Shown one piece after another: positions 27,701 through 37,649 of a stretch of 47,727 bases of DNA. Below the pieces are notes generated by a model that saw only the letters and a program-made list of their open reading frames with translations, did no database searches and was not told the origin of the DNA. Position 1 is the stretch's first letter. The number at the start of each line of letters is the position of its first letter. The position numbers were made by a program, and so were the translations under genes. The stretch lies in the IMG/VR virus record IMGVR_UViG_3300035501_000524. One strand, 5' to 3'. Origin of the DNA: a virus. Its lineage: Duplodnaviria; Heunggongvirae; Uroviricota; Caudoviricetes.

Positions 27701-30177
27701 CCATTTCAAGCACATTCTGCGGTTTAATCATTTTCGCTGCTTGGGCTCCAACCTGTGAATCAAACTGAAATGTATTAATTACAGATACATTACTAAGAGC
27801 ATCCCAAATTTTTTGATCCTGTAGAGGAAGAACATTTGGATGAAAATACTTATCATATACTTCACGTAATTTTAACTCTGGATCAATTAAATTATCAGCC
27901 TGAAGTAATTGAATTGTTTGAACTAATTTATCCTGAACCTCAGTTACAAGAAAATCATATTTTGTTAAGCCCATATACTCAGCATTATGAAGATCAAACT
28001 GAGTAATAACCTCTCCTTTTGGAGTTTTCATAAAGGCGCTATGCTCAAATGGGTCACCATCAAAAAGAATAACTCCAGAAGCATGAGAAGAACGCTTATT
28101 TACAAGACCTTCAATAGACATAATAATATCCAATAAACCTGGATAATTATTTACTTCACGCACAAATACAGAAATTGGTCTTCTATTTTTTTCTGGATTA
28201 CCATTAACAACATCTTTAATTGGCCATAAAAATCCACGCTCTTCTGGAATTAAAGATGACATATACTGAGCTTCATCAATATCAATTCCTTCTGGATAAT
28301 CCTCAGATCTATATCCACGACAAGCGGTTAATACAGCAGATTTAGTTCCTTCTGTTCCAAAAGTTGCAATAAGAGTACAACCAAGTGCTTTCTTTGCCCA
28401 TTCCGCAATTCCTTCTTTAAGCATTGCGCTTCTTTCTTCTCTAATTCTTTGAAGAATTAAAGGTCTCTTAGATGGACATATATCAATATCAATATCCTTT
28501 TATTGGACTATCTCTTTCACAATAATCTACTGAGAGTTATTACTTCGATTATTGCTAGAATGCGCTACGGGACAGTGCATCTCCATCCCTCTCAAAACTT
28601 TTATAAAAAGTTTTATTTAGTCTCTACACTCCAATAAATTTTATTAAAGCACGGTATTGCAAAGTCCAACCATATTTCAGGCCACTCGTTCTCTTAGTCA
28701 GCTGATTCGTGTTTATATTTTTTTTGATAAACCTTATTTTGCTGATACCGTTAGCATAATTTTTTTTTAATTACACACCCTTTAGCAAGGTTCACATTCT
28801 TTATTTACAACTCGGCAATATCAATATTAGACTACCGAGTTCGACTCTCTCATCATTAAGATAACGAAAGAACGGAAGATCCCATTCAATAGGATCAAGC
28901 TGAGTAATACCCATAAGATAATGATTTAATGCGGCACATGAAGAACCACGACCTGCGCCAACCATCGAACCACAATCCCAAATCATATCAATATAATGTT
29001 GTAAAGTATTCGGATAACGAAACATATTCGTTTCAAGTTTTTCACTAATTACAGTTTTAACTCTAGCTTCTTCTTCAAGTTCTGTGATATATCTATTATC
29101 TGTAATTAGATTTTTTTCTTCCAAAGATTCAAGACACTGATTTACCCAATATCTATCTTGGTCATCATCAGAGTGCGCCAATCGAGTTAAGTTTGGACAA
29201 GACTCGCTATCAATACTCCATGGAATATTTTTAGGATATTTTTTAACTTCTACTCTTGGAATATCCTGCTTATGAAAAAGAGAATACTGTTCAATTTTAT
29301 CTTGCATTTCAAGAGTATTATCTAAAATTTTATCTACAAAACCATATGGAAAACAAGGGGATAATAATTCTTCAATTTCTTCTGAATCCATTAAATGTGC
29401 AAATTCATAAAAAGAATCAATTTCACGCTCTCCATTTTTAGAATTAAGATAACCTTTATGTACAGCTCGATCTTCTTTTGTAAGATAATGAGCATCAGTA
29501 CCAACAACCATTTTAATTCCAAACATTTGGGCAATTTGGTATAATTTCATATTGACGGTCATCTGATCTTCAGCAGTTGAAGGCGCGCACTCAATATAAA
29601 AATCATCACCAAATAAGTTCAAGCAATATAAAATAAAATCTTGAACTTTATCCATATAGAAATTATAAGAATTAATATCATTAACTTTTTTAGATTCCTC
29701 AGCTAATAATGTATTGCTTGATAACTCACCGCCAATACAAGCTGTGGTTGCTATGACATGACCTTTATACTGCTGGATAATATCACTTAATTCATCTTTT
29801 GTAGTTGGAACTCTTTCCATTCCTCTATCAGAGTAAGAATAATACCAAGCTGTAGAGCTTAATTCTTTTAAAGCTCTATATCCAATTTCATCTTTTGCAA
29901 TAAGAATGAAATGATAATATTTCTGACCATTTTGTCTTTCATCAACAAGATAGATTTCATTTCCTAAAGCAACTTTAAAATCTTTGTTTTGAATTTTTTC
30001 AAGATGTTGCAGAGCGGAAACATGAGCAGATAAACATTCATGATCTGTAATTGCAATGCCAGAAAGCCCTAATTCAATCGCTTTATCAATTAGGGCTTCT
30101 GGTCTATTAATGCAATCAAGAAGTCTAATGTTAGAATACATTGTATGTGAATGACAATTAAAATAACTTCTTCTCAT
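24730..30177 (-). CDS. dnaE: DNA polymerase III alpha (DnaE-type, PHP domain), spliced: complement(join 28834..30177, 27304..28496, 24730..26089), 1298 aa
   Basis: HSHTMYS PHP motif; VGAGRGSS; splicing restores RYLNDERVELG|DIDID and GYSFSV|IHALAYS; exon lengths sum to 3897 nt (in frame). Confidence 0.93.
26090..27303 (-). ncRNA. Group I intron (dnaE intron 2, 1214 nt) carrying a homing endonuclease ORF
   Basis: 5' exon AGCGU pairs with IGS GCGCU (U.G at the splice site); terminal G at 26090; P7 GACUA/UAGUC (GUAUCGACUA...AAAUAGUCAG). Confidence 0.9.
26251..27135 (-). CDS. Intron-encoded GIY-YIG homing endonuclease with tandem C-terminal HTH-like modules (start re-called at ATG 27135)
   Basis: YIYKYTNKINGKIYIGQT...KRFNGH...EIYFI...NGYNLT; GGAGGG RBS; lies inside the intron. 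Confidence 0.9.
   Translation of the reverse strand: MYYIYKYTNKINGKIYIGQTNDLQKRFNGHKSEAFNIKSNGYYLPFHCAIRKYGMNNFSYEVLEEIADGESKDFINDREIYFIEHFHSLTTENGYNLTKGGDGCSKPPLTYLEKLQRSKLFTGEEIKDIQRRLINDEEYDDIEKIYSPKLKRTFLVNINTGANFYNPDFNYPLKKNAKSRFSQKEIREIKNRIKSGEKYSSIQKDFNIKSAGFLSMINTGKYFYSEEDTYPLCNKGSRKENNQIWVNGIIKDILETDLSLNKIAIKWNKSYSTVKNINAGRAHKKENLSYPLRK
28497..28833 (-). ncRNA. ORF-less group I intron (dnaE intron 1, 337 nt)
   Basis: 5' exon CUCGGU pairs with IGS GCCGAG; terminal G at 28497; GUGUAGAGACUA and GAGAUAGUCC core elements; AUGCUAACGG P-like element. Confidence 0.92.
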
Positions 30178-30211
30178 TAATATTTCCTTTCATATTTTAT
30201 TTTCTACATAT

Positions 30212-30240
30212 ATTATATCATTTTTATTATAATTTATCAA
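30212..30240 (-). promoter_or_regulatory. Sigma-A promoter for dnaE (TTGATA-17-TATAAT, extended -10)
   Basis: Near-consensus boxes with 17-bp spacer. Confidence 0.75.
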
Positions 30241-30856
30241 TTAAATCTTCTTTAAGAGAATAAAAAGAATCATAAATATTCGCCCAAGTATAATATAAAA
30301 TTTGATAATCGAAGGGAACCCACTCAAAAGATTTACAAAGAATTACATAATCCGCATCTTCCAATAGTGGAAAATCAAAATCATCAAATAAAATATCTCT
30401 TGTAATATAGGCTGGATTAGCATCTTCATCTAATGGATTAGAGTCTTTATTGCGAATCCATGTGTATGAATTAATCTTTTTATTATCCCATAAATATTTT
30501 ACCCAATTACCGCAATCAGGTTTAGTGTATTTAGGAGCTTTCCATCGTTCTCCTTCATATCCAATATCATGATGATGATCTATATTTATTAAATCAAACG
30601 GCTCAAAATCTTTAGTTATCGTAACTAGCTCTTCGTGAGATGTAATAAAAATAATTTTATCCTTGTCTAGTTTTTTAAACATCTGGCAAAGATATTGAGT
30701 CAAACAATCATACTGATATAAATCTGCTTTAATACCAGATATAAAAGGAAATTTATTAAGATAAGTATCTATGCTATCTTCATCATGTAGTAAATCATTA
30801 TAAAATTCGATAGATGGTGACATGATAATATCAAAATCAATACTAACAACTTTCAT
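30227..30856 (-). CDS. Hypothetical metal-binding protein, UPF0489-like
   Basis: VVSIDFDII and LINIDHHHD acidic/His motifs; DCGNWV. Confidence 0.6.
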   Translation of the reverse strand: MKVVSIDFDIIMSPSIEFYNDLLHDEDSIDTYLNKFPFISGIKADLYQYDCLTQYLCQMFKKLDKDKIIFITSHEELVTITKDFEPFDLINIDHHHDIGYEGERWKAPKYTKPDCGNWVKYLWDNKKINSYTWIRNKDSNPLDEDANPAYITRDILFDDFDFPLLEDADYVILCKSFEWVPFDYQILYYTWANIYDSFYSLKEDLIDKL

Positions 30857-30867
30857 AATATTCTCCT

Positions 30868-31716
30868 TTAATAGCAGTCTGTTTTTCCAGGCTCAAGACC
30901 CATGCAAATTGGTTGACTTCCACATTTATTACATAAATCACCATATCGAGGTTTAAAGATCGGAGTATATAAAGCGCCGTCTTCTAATATATTTAATCCA
31001 AGAGATCTAGCATAAATACCCTGTTGGGTTTTACTTGATCCAGTATTTACTTTAATTCCATTTTTAAGAAAATTATTTCCAGTTTCTATAAAAGTAAATT
31101 TAGTGCGCGCAGCCGCACATTGCTCGCTAAGACTAGCAACCCACTCGTAATGACAAGGTCTTGCGCCCCCATAATTTTCGCCGCCGCAATTTACATTCAT
31201 AATAAACCCTTCTGCCAGATAATCTTCAATATGAATTTCACTTAATAAAGGAGCACACATAATTCCTTTAAATTGAAAAGGCAGTTCTCGTAATATTGGA
31301 ATTCTTTCATCAGCTCTTTTCTGGTTCTCACAAGTTACATTCATTATTACATTATTTAATGGTCTCTCATTCCACCAAGAAGGCAAACATTCTATAACTC
31401 GTTCTGGCCTTTTAGTAAGTAAATAGAATAAAACGTCTGGACGCCTTGACATTATATCCCAGCATTCATTTCTAAACTGATCTAATCCTTCAAAGAAAAA
31501 ATCTGAATTCATACATACTCGTAGACATATTCCAGAAGGCACTTTATAATTACCCTGTCTATCTTTTTTAACAGGATAATTAAATTGACTAGTTAATTTT
31601 TTACATTCAAAGAAATCTCTTTTATATCTATCATCTATCGTTTTTGCATAACAATGTTCACAACCTTCACTTTTTCCTTTACAGCCATGAATTGGATTCC
31701 AAAGATCTAACGCCAT
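30868..31716 (-). CDS. DUF5131 (phage Gp37/Gp68-like) Fe-S/radical-SAM-like protein
   Basis: WNPIHGCKGKSEGCEHCYA; SDFF; LLTKRPER; ENQKRADERIPIL; GGENYGGARPC...W. Confidence 0.8.
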   Translation of the reverse strand: MALDLWNPIHGCKGKSEGCEHCYAKTIDDRYKRDFFECKKLTSQFNYPVKKDRQGNYKVPSGICLRVCMNSDFFFEGLDQFRNECWDIMSRRPDVLFYLLTKRPERVIECLPSWWNERPLNNVIMNVTCENQKRADERIPILRELPFQFKGIMCAPLLSEIHIEDYLAEGFIMNVNCGGENYGGARPCHYEWVASLSEQCAAARTKFTFIETGNNFLKNGIKVNTGSSKTQQGIYARSLGLNILEDGALYTPIFKPRYGDLCNKCGSQPICMGLEPGKTDCY

Positions 31717-31730
31717 ATTATACTCTCCTT

Positions 31731-32897
31731 TTATTCTTTTATTCTTGAGTTATAATAATTTTTTTCATTATCCTTTGTTAATAAAAATCTTGTTGTTTCA
31801 AGTTTTAAATCTTCTATTGTATAATCTGCATCATATGGAATACGAATAATAGGAATATTATTATTAAAGCAATATTGATTTTTTATCAAATCATTTTTTC
31901 TAACTCTTTCAAAATGTTCTTTTGTATCCCATCCAGTTCCTTTATAGTAAAAATGTTGAGAACCATCATATTCTATTATATACATTTCATCTACATAAAA
32001 ATCATATTCCATTGGGCGCCCATGAGTGGGATATAGTTCATTTAGCCTTAAATCTTTATATTGTCTAATAAAAGGTAAATTTAATTGTTCTAATAAATTG
32101 GCAATATTTTCTTCTTCATACGAAATTCTTCTTCCACAACCACAACTCTTTATACTTCCATTTACTAATCTTGAACCAACGACTATATGAGACTGTGTTC
32201 CGCATTCACATTTGCATTTATATAGAAATCCTCCACTACTATATTTATTGTCTAACTTAGAAATAACTGTTAATTTTCCAAACTTATCTCCTGGACTAAT
32301 TTGCAGATATTTTCTACATCCACAACTTTTTACTTTATTTGTAGTTAAATCTGATGTTTTAATGTCTTTTTCATTTCCACATTTACATTTACAATGCCAA
32401 TATCTATGTCCATCTTTTTTAAAAGCTAAATTCAATACAGTTAAATCATTGTATATTTTTCCAGTTAAATCCTCTAATTCTTGATTACATTGATGAGATA
32501 AACACCCACAAGATTTAACTTCTCCTGATGTTAAATTTCCATTTGAAACCCAAGTCTCATTCCCACAATCACATTTACATTTTAAATAAGTTTTTCCATT
32601 TTTCCGCTTTCTTTCATTTAAAACAATTAATTTATGGAAACGCATTCCTGTATAATCTTTTTGCATTTGTTTATGTTGACATTCTTCACATTGCTGAGAC
32701 CATGACCCAGCTCTTAATTTACCAATATTTCCACATTCGCATTGTCCTATCCACATTGGTCTTCTTGGATCTGTTGTTCTATATAAAATAGTCCATTTGT
32801 TAATTTTTTGATTAGTAAAATCTTGTGCTTTTCCTACATCTCTTTTTCTCCAAAGAATATATGCTTCTTCTATCGTTTTTACATAAGTATTTTTCAT
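31731..32897 (-). CDS. Free-standing putative homing endonuclease: repeated CxCxCG modules plus a C-terminal PD-(D/E)XK/Vsr-like nuclease domain
   Basis: GQCECGN, KCKCDCGN, HCKCKCGN, KCKCECG, KSCGC repeats; YDFYVDEMYIIEYDGSQHF...NNNIPIIRIPY. Confidence 0.75.
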   Translation of the reverse strand: MKNTYVKTIEEAYILWRKRDVGKAQDFTNQKINKWTILYRTTDPRRPMWIGQCECGNIGKLRAGSWSQQCEECQHKQMQKDYTGMRFHKLIVLNERKRKNGKTYLKCKCDCGNETWVSNGNLTSGEVKSCGCLSHQCNQELEDLTGKIYNDLTVLNLAFKKDGHRYWHCKCKCGNEKDIKTSDLTTNKVKSCGCRKYLQISPGDKFGKLTVISKLDNKYSSGGFLYKCKCECGTQSHIVVGSRLVNGSIKSCGCGRRISYEEENIANLLEQLNLPFIRQYKDLRLNELYPTHGRPMEYDFYVDEMYIIEYDGSQHFYYKGTGWDTKEHFERVRKNDLIKNQYCFNNNIPIIRIPYDADYTIEDLKLETTRFLLTKDNEKNYYNSRIKE

Positions 32898-32898
32898 A

Positions 32899-34083
32899 TT
32901 AACCCCTAACTAATACAAGTTTTTCCGAAGCCCTTGTGCAACAAGTATATAACCATCGAGCGTGTTCGATCTTATTGAATGGAAAATTTTCTTCTATAAC
33001 CAGAACCTTATCAAATTCGCCGCCCTGTGATTTATGTCCAGTTATGGCATACCCATACGTAAATTGTCTAGGTACAATATCTCCAATTTTGTTTTTTAAT
33101 TTTCCAAGAGCATAAGATTCCCGGCAATCTAAACAAGGTTCACCAGTTTCAATCATTGCTCTATCCATATCTATTGAATTAAATACTTTATTTTCATCAG
33201 ATATAAAATCTCCGCAAATAACATCCATCTGATGATTTCTCATTTTGATATATCTTGGAGCCATAATATACGTTTTAAAAGGATTTCGTAAAATTCCAGT
33301 TGTACCATTCACTAATACCGCGTTTCCATCCTCTGAAAAATCTTCCCAATAGTTTCTTAAACAGATCATTTTTTCGCCGTCTTGTGGAAGTCCGCTATAA
33401 CCAAGCAAATCTCTCATTTGTTTATTTAAAGATAATCTTGTTGCGTTTGTGGCACAAATAATTTGATCTGCCCAAAGCATATGACCAGTAACTAAATCTT
33501 TTTTAGGAATAACCATTGCCTCATGTCCAGATGAATATTTAAGTTCCTCTCCATTGCGAATTTTCATAGTTAATTGAATAATCTCTGATTCTGTTGCTTG
33601 CCGCATTACTTCATCTAAAAAAATATGTGGATGATCTAAGAAATCATGTGCTTCATTTTTATCAATCTGAGGAAGCTGAAATGGATCTCCAAGGAAAATG
33701 CAATATACATCATGCGTTAAAAGCATTTCTATCATAGATTTAGGCGCCATAGAAATTTCATCTACTACAACAATCTCATAATCTAAATACTTTTTAGGTT
33801 TACGAAAAAATCCTCCACCTGGACGCGGAAAACTATCATATAGTAATTTATGTAATGTCATAGCATTTTTATTACCTTTTTTTCTTAATACCTCAGCAGC
33901 CTTCCCTGTATAACACGCATATGCAACATCTTCTGGATCTACATCAAGAAAGTCAATAATGAAACGTACTAATGTTGACTTCCCTGTTCCTGCATATCCT
34001 GATATTACAGTATATTTATCACGATCTCTATATCTAGTTATTGCAATTTTAAGTCCTTCTAATTGTTTTTCAGTAAGAGTCAT
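32899..34083 (-). CDS. RecD/Dda-like SF1 DNA helicase
   Basis: GYAGTGKST, VVDEISM, LGDPFQLP, YGYAITGHKSQG, WLYTCCTRA. Confidence 0.9.
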   Translation of the reverse strand: MTLTEKQLEGLKIAITRYRDRDKYTVISGYAGTGKSTLVRFIIDFLDVDPEDVAYACYTGKAAEVLRKKGNKNAMTLHKLLYDSFPRPGGGFFRKPKKYLDYEIVVVDEISMAPKSMIEMLLTHDVYCIFLGDPFQLPQIDKNEAHDFLDHPHIFLDEVMRQATESEIIQLTMKIRNGEELKYSSGHEAMVIPKKDLVTGHMLWADQIICATNATRLSLNKQMRDLLGYSGLPQDGEKMICLRNYWEDFSEDGNAVLVNGTTGILRNPFKTYIMAPRYIKMRNHQMDVICGDFISDENKVFNSIDMDRAMIETGEPCLDCRESYALGKLKNKIGDIVPRQFTYGYAITGHKSQGGEFDKVLVIEENFPFNKIEHARWLYTCCTRASEKLVLVRG

Positions 34084-34085
34084 TT

Positions 34086-34613
34086 TTACTTCTCCTCATA
34101 GTCACAGTATTCATCCTCATCATCTTCATATTCAGCAGTTGAAAAATCAATATCTAAAAGATTAACATCTCTAAAAATTATTGTTTCATATGGACAGCCC
34201 CAAATGCATCCTTCAACAAAGAGGGTTTTATCATCTCCATCATATGTAATATCTATTGGACAAAAACCGCATCCAAATTTATACCTTTCCTCATTAGTAA
34301 AATCATAAATTTTTCGTTCTGTTAAATCTAAGACTGTAATACATTGATAATCTCCAGAAGTAATAAGATATTCTTTATTATTAATTTTTGCATATTCAAA
34401 AGGTGGACAAGTAGAATAATTTCTATTAAAAGAAAGCACTAACTCATTTCTTAAATAAATATCATATGAAGTATAATTCCAATACTTTTCATCTCCTCTG
34501 TGCTCATAAGCATGTTGAACAATTTTAATATCTCTTGGAATATCTTTAAATAACCTCACATCTTTAGTTAATATCTCTCTATATGACTCTGGAATTTTCA
34601 CTTCATGTCTCAT
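34086..34613 (-). CDS. Hypothetical protein
   Basis: Packed ORF in the operon; conserved-looking GFCP and GCIWGCPYE segments. Confidence 0.75.
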   Translation of the reverse strand: MRHEVKIPESYREILTKDVRLFKDIPRDIKIVQHAYEHRGDEKYWNYTSYDIYLRNELVLSFNRNYSTCPPFEYAKINNKEYLITSGDYQCITVLDLTERKIYDFTNEERYKFGCGFCPIDITYDGDDKTLFVEGCIWGCPYETIIFRDVNLLDIDFSTAEYEDDEDEYCDYEEK

Positions 34614-34616
34614 TTT

Positions 34617-34943
34617 TTATTCCTCCGTAAAAATAATTCCATCACAAAATGGATTGTCTTCAAATTCTATAAAATCTATATGCCCAACATTTGGTTCAAA
34701 AATTTCTAAATCCATTTTTTGATTTGGGTTTTCGGTCTTTTCACTTGTCTCCGGCCGGTTCTGTTCTGTGATCTCTTGTTCTAAGTATCCCATCTTTGAA
34801 AAGGTCTTACATAATGTATCTGTAAAGGCTTCTGCCGCAATGGCATTATCTGCAAGCCTTGATATAGCATTTATCATTTCATTAAAAGAAATTCCACATG
34901 TTAAATATGAATTTAATAATTCACCTACAGTAGTATCTTTCAT
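34617..34943 (-). CDS. Hypothetical protein
   Basis: AAGGAG RBS; packed ORF. Confidence 0.65.
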   Translation of the reverse strand: MKDTTVGELLNSYLTCGISFNEMINAISRLADNAIAAEAFTDTLCKTFSKMGYLEQEITEQNRPETSEKTENPNQKMDLEIFEPNVGHIDFIEFEDNPFCDGIIFTEE

Positions 34944-34972
34944 ATATATCGCTCCTTTAAATATATCTATTA

Positions 34973-34993
34973 GGCTAGAGAATCTCTCTAGCC
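34973..34993. terminator. Intergenic hairpin (terminator-like)
   Basis: 8-bp stem GGCTAGAG/CTCTAGCC; no clear U-tract. Confidence 0.4.
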
Positions 34994-35017
34994 CTTTAGA
35001 TATTGGATTAAAATAAA

Positions 35018-35269
35018 TTAATCATTAGATGAAGCATCAGACGTAATAGTTACTTCTGGAGTTTTAGCATAAAAGCCTAAAGCTTCTTTCTTAAACTCAA
35101 TAAAATCTTCATCAATCTGACTATCTGAAGCATGAGATACATCTTCAATAAATAAAGAAAAAGATGCATTAGCTTTAGAAATACTAGCTGAAAAATGTGC
35201 TAACTGAACTCCATCAGTAGTTCTTGAATCAGCTTCAAAATTGGTGTTTTGAGAATTAATATATAACAT
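35018..35269 (-). CDS. Small hypothetical protein
   Basis: AAGGAGGAG RBS. Confidence 0.75.
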   Translation of the reverse strand: MLYINSQNTNFEADSRTTDGVQLAHFSASISKANASFSLFIEDVSHASDSQIDEDFIEFKKEALGFYAKTPEVTITSDASSND

Positions 35270-35318
35270 TATTCTCCTCCTTATATAATTATTAAAGACT
35301 ATAAATAGTCTTTATAAA

Positions 35319-37082
35319 CTAAAAATAATATTTACTTTGCCCATCAATTTCATACTCTTCAATTAGAATTTGCGGAGTTGTTTTTCCTCCCCAATAATTC
35401 TGTTCGCATTTACCAACTAAAGAAATAGTAGTACAACCATTTCCTTCTGGACAGAGTTTTTGAAATTCTTCTTCTGAAGATTTAAAACTGATTAATTCAA
35501 CCCCATTAGATAAAACAATTTTTAATGTAGGGTTTTTATCTTTAGACATCAAAATAATATTCTGAGAAGTAATATTTACTCCTGTTATAGCAATTAAAGG
35601 CTCTTCAATACCTTGACCCCAAACTGATTTTAAATTAGCTATATCTATAATATCTTTACCATTAAAATTTGATCCATGATAAATCATATCTACATTATAG
35701 CTTGGAGAAAATTCAAATTCATCTAAATCAAAATCAGAACGATAAACTAATTTATCAAAATTTTGATTAGTAACTCCAACTCCAAAAGCAGAAGCATGAC
35801 CTTCTGCGTACATAACCAAACCAGTTTGATTTAGATATTCTTTAAAATTCTTAAAAGCAGATTTATCATATCCTCTTCCAGAACCTTCCCAAGTTATATC
35901 TCCATTTTCATTAACAACTTTATTTAATAATAGTACTGGTCTTTGGTATTTAGCCATAAGTTGATTCGCTATTAAACCTGTAAGGTTTTTATCAACATGA
36001 TATTCAGGTTTTATTTTTATAATCAAAAACTTATGATTTAAAAGATTATCTTCTTCAATAATACTTTCGAGAGCGGTTAAACTATTATCTCTTGCTTTTT
36101 GTTGACGATTTTTAATATTCACACAATTTCGACAAGCTTGTTCAACCCTAGTTTCCATTTGCCCTTTACATCCACGCTTTGTAGATGGAATCTGTTCATA
36201 TGCTTTAAAATCAAGCATCGATTCAAATAAAGTCATTTTTTCAGCAGAATTACCCATCCTAATAGTTCCATTTACTTGTGGAGCAATGTAGAAACTAATT
36301 GCGAATGGATCCAAACCGCCATGCTTGTTAATTGAAAAATTCTGAACTTGAATCATCTGTTTAAAAAAAGGATTTCTTATACTTGCAAGACCTTTATCAA
36401 TTAATCGTTTAGTTTCATAGTCTCTTAAATCCATCATATCTGCTATCATTCCAAGAGCAGCCAAATCAAGAAAATTATCAGCTTCTTTAGTTCCTAATAT
36501 TTCATCAATATAAGAACAAAATTTGTAAACCATTCCTGCGCCGGATAATGATTTTGTTGGATAATCACAAAGCTGATTATTAACAATACAAGCATTTTCT
36601 GAAATTTTTTCAGCTTCATGATGATCAATAACTAAAACGTCAATTCCTTTAGCTCTTAAAAGTTTATGTTCTTCATAATCGTTTGAAGAAGAGTCTGGCG
36701 CTATTACTAATTTAACTCCTTCTGGAATTGTATTAGGAATAATACCATGCTGTTTTCCAGTATGAATACGATATAAAATATTATTTTGCGCATACCCTGG
36801 AAATAAACAATTTAAATAATTAATTAGTATTGCCGATGAAGTAAAACCATCACAATCGCTATCCACTTGAAAGAATATTAAATCTTTTTGTGAAATGTGT
36901 TTAACTAACATTTGCGCGCCTTGTTGAATATTCATAATCAATTTTGGATCGCAAATATCTTCATCTGTTGTATGTAAATAATGTTCGATATTTTGAGGAT
37001 CAATGCCCCTATTTGAAAACACCGTCTCAACCACTGTCATATTTTTATCTGGGAGAACTGGTGATATTAGTTGATAATCCAA
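35319..37082 (-). CDS. recJ: RecJ-like ssDNA exonuclease (DHH/DHHA1)
   Basis: DSDCDG, IDHHE, LSGAGMVYK, ALGMIADMM, GSGRG, GHASAFG. Confidence 0.92.
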   Translation of the reverse strand: MDYQLISPVLPDKNMTVVETVFSNRGIDPQNIEHYLHTTDEDICDPKLIMNIQQGAQMLVKHISQKDLIFFQVDSDCDGFTSSAILINYLNCLFPGYAQNNILYRIHTGKQHGIIPNTIPEGVKLVIAPDSSSNDYEEHKLLRAKGIDVLVIDHHEAEKISENACIVNNQLCDYPTKSLSGAGMVYKFCSYIDEILGTKEADNFLDLAALGMIADMMDLRDYETKRLIDKGLASIRNPFFKQMIQVQNFSINKHGGLDPFAISFYIAPQVNGTIRMGNSAEKMTLFESMLDFKAYEQIPSTKRGCKGQMETRVEQACRNCVNIKNRQQKARDNSLTALESIIEEDNLLNHKFLIIKIKPEYHVDKNLTGLIANQLMAKYQRPVLLLNKVVNENGDITWEGSGRGYDKSAFKNFKEYLNQTGLVMYAEGHASAFGVGVTNQNFDKLVYRSDFDLDEFEFSPSYNVDMIYHGSNFNGKDIIDIANLKSVWGQGIEEPLIAITGVNITSQNIILMSKDKNPTLKIVLSNGVELISFKSSEEEFQKLCPEGNGCTTISLVGKCEQNYWGGKTTPQILIEEYEIDGQSKYYF

Positions 37083-37143
37083 ATGAAATCAACCTCCTTT
37101 CATATCGAACACCTCTTTAAATCTTTAATAAAACCACTCCTTT

Positions 37144-37338
37144 TTAATCTTGTTTTACTTCATAATATTTACAAAATATTGAAGAAAAAATATTGCTTTC
37201 ATTAATATGCTTATCTTTTAATTTACAATTTGTAAAAGTATAATAAGTCATTCCAATATCTCTCAAATATTTATTATAATATTTACAAAATTTACATCTT
37301 TTATGCTTTTTTCTGTATTGATAAATATTAGTATCCAT
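37144..37338 (-). CDS. Small Cys-rich basic hypothetical protein
   Basis: AAGGAG RBS; CKFC...C...C. Confidence 0.6.
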   Translation of the reverse strand: MDTNIYQYRKKHKRCKFCKYYNKYLRDIGMTYYTFTNCKLKDKHINESNIFSSIFCKYYEVKQD

Positions 37339-37346
37339 ATATCTCC

Positions 37347-37649
37347 TTAAAAATAAGTATAAACTTTATATGGGGGAAGTTTTGTACAAGGTTTAATAAT
37401 ACAATGAATTAATTCTTCTGGCATATTAAGTTCAATAGCTGATTGATTATAAGCATATCCCCTTGCACTATTTACTGCTTTAATAACCCTCCAAATATCA
37501 CCATTTTCAAATTCCGTATAAGTGTCGTATAATGAAATTTTAGTACGAATTACTTTAATTCTATTTTCATTATATCGTCTTTCAATAAAATGAAGATAGT
37601 CTATTGCGGCATCTCGATCTTTATCCCACCAAATTCCACCTCTTGTCAT
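37347..37649 (-). CDS. Hypothetical protein
   Basis: Start overlaps the primase stop. Confidence 0.7.
   Translation of the reverse strand: MTRGGIWWDKDRDAAIDYLHFIERRYNENRIKVIRTKISLYDTYTEFENGDIWRVIKAVNSARGYAYNQSAIELNMPEELIHCIIKPCTKLPPYKVYTYF

Noticed and set aside
24730-30177. Three apparent polymerase fragments suggesting a pseudogene or split enzyme
   Set aside because: Removing the two group I introns gives one in-frame 1298-aa DnaE with intact motifs
35290-35345. TGGGCAA on the - strand at the recJ end as another late-promoter copy
   Set aside because: The downstream TTTTA-(T/G)AT block is not at the matching distance; a nearby hairpin (TAAAGACTAT/ATAGTCTTTA) suggests a terminator instead
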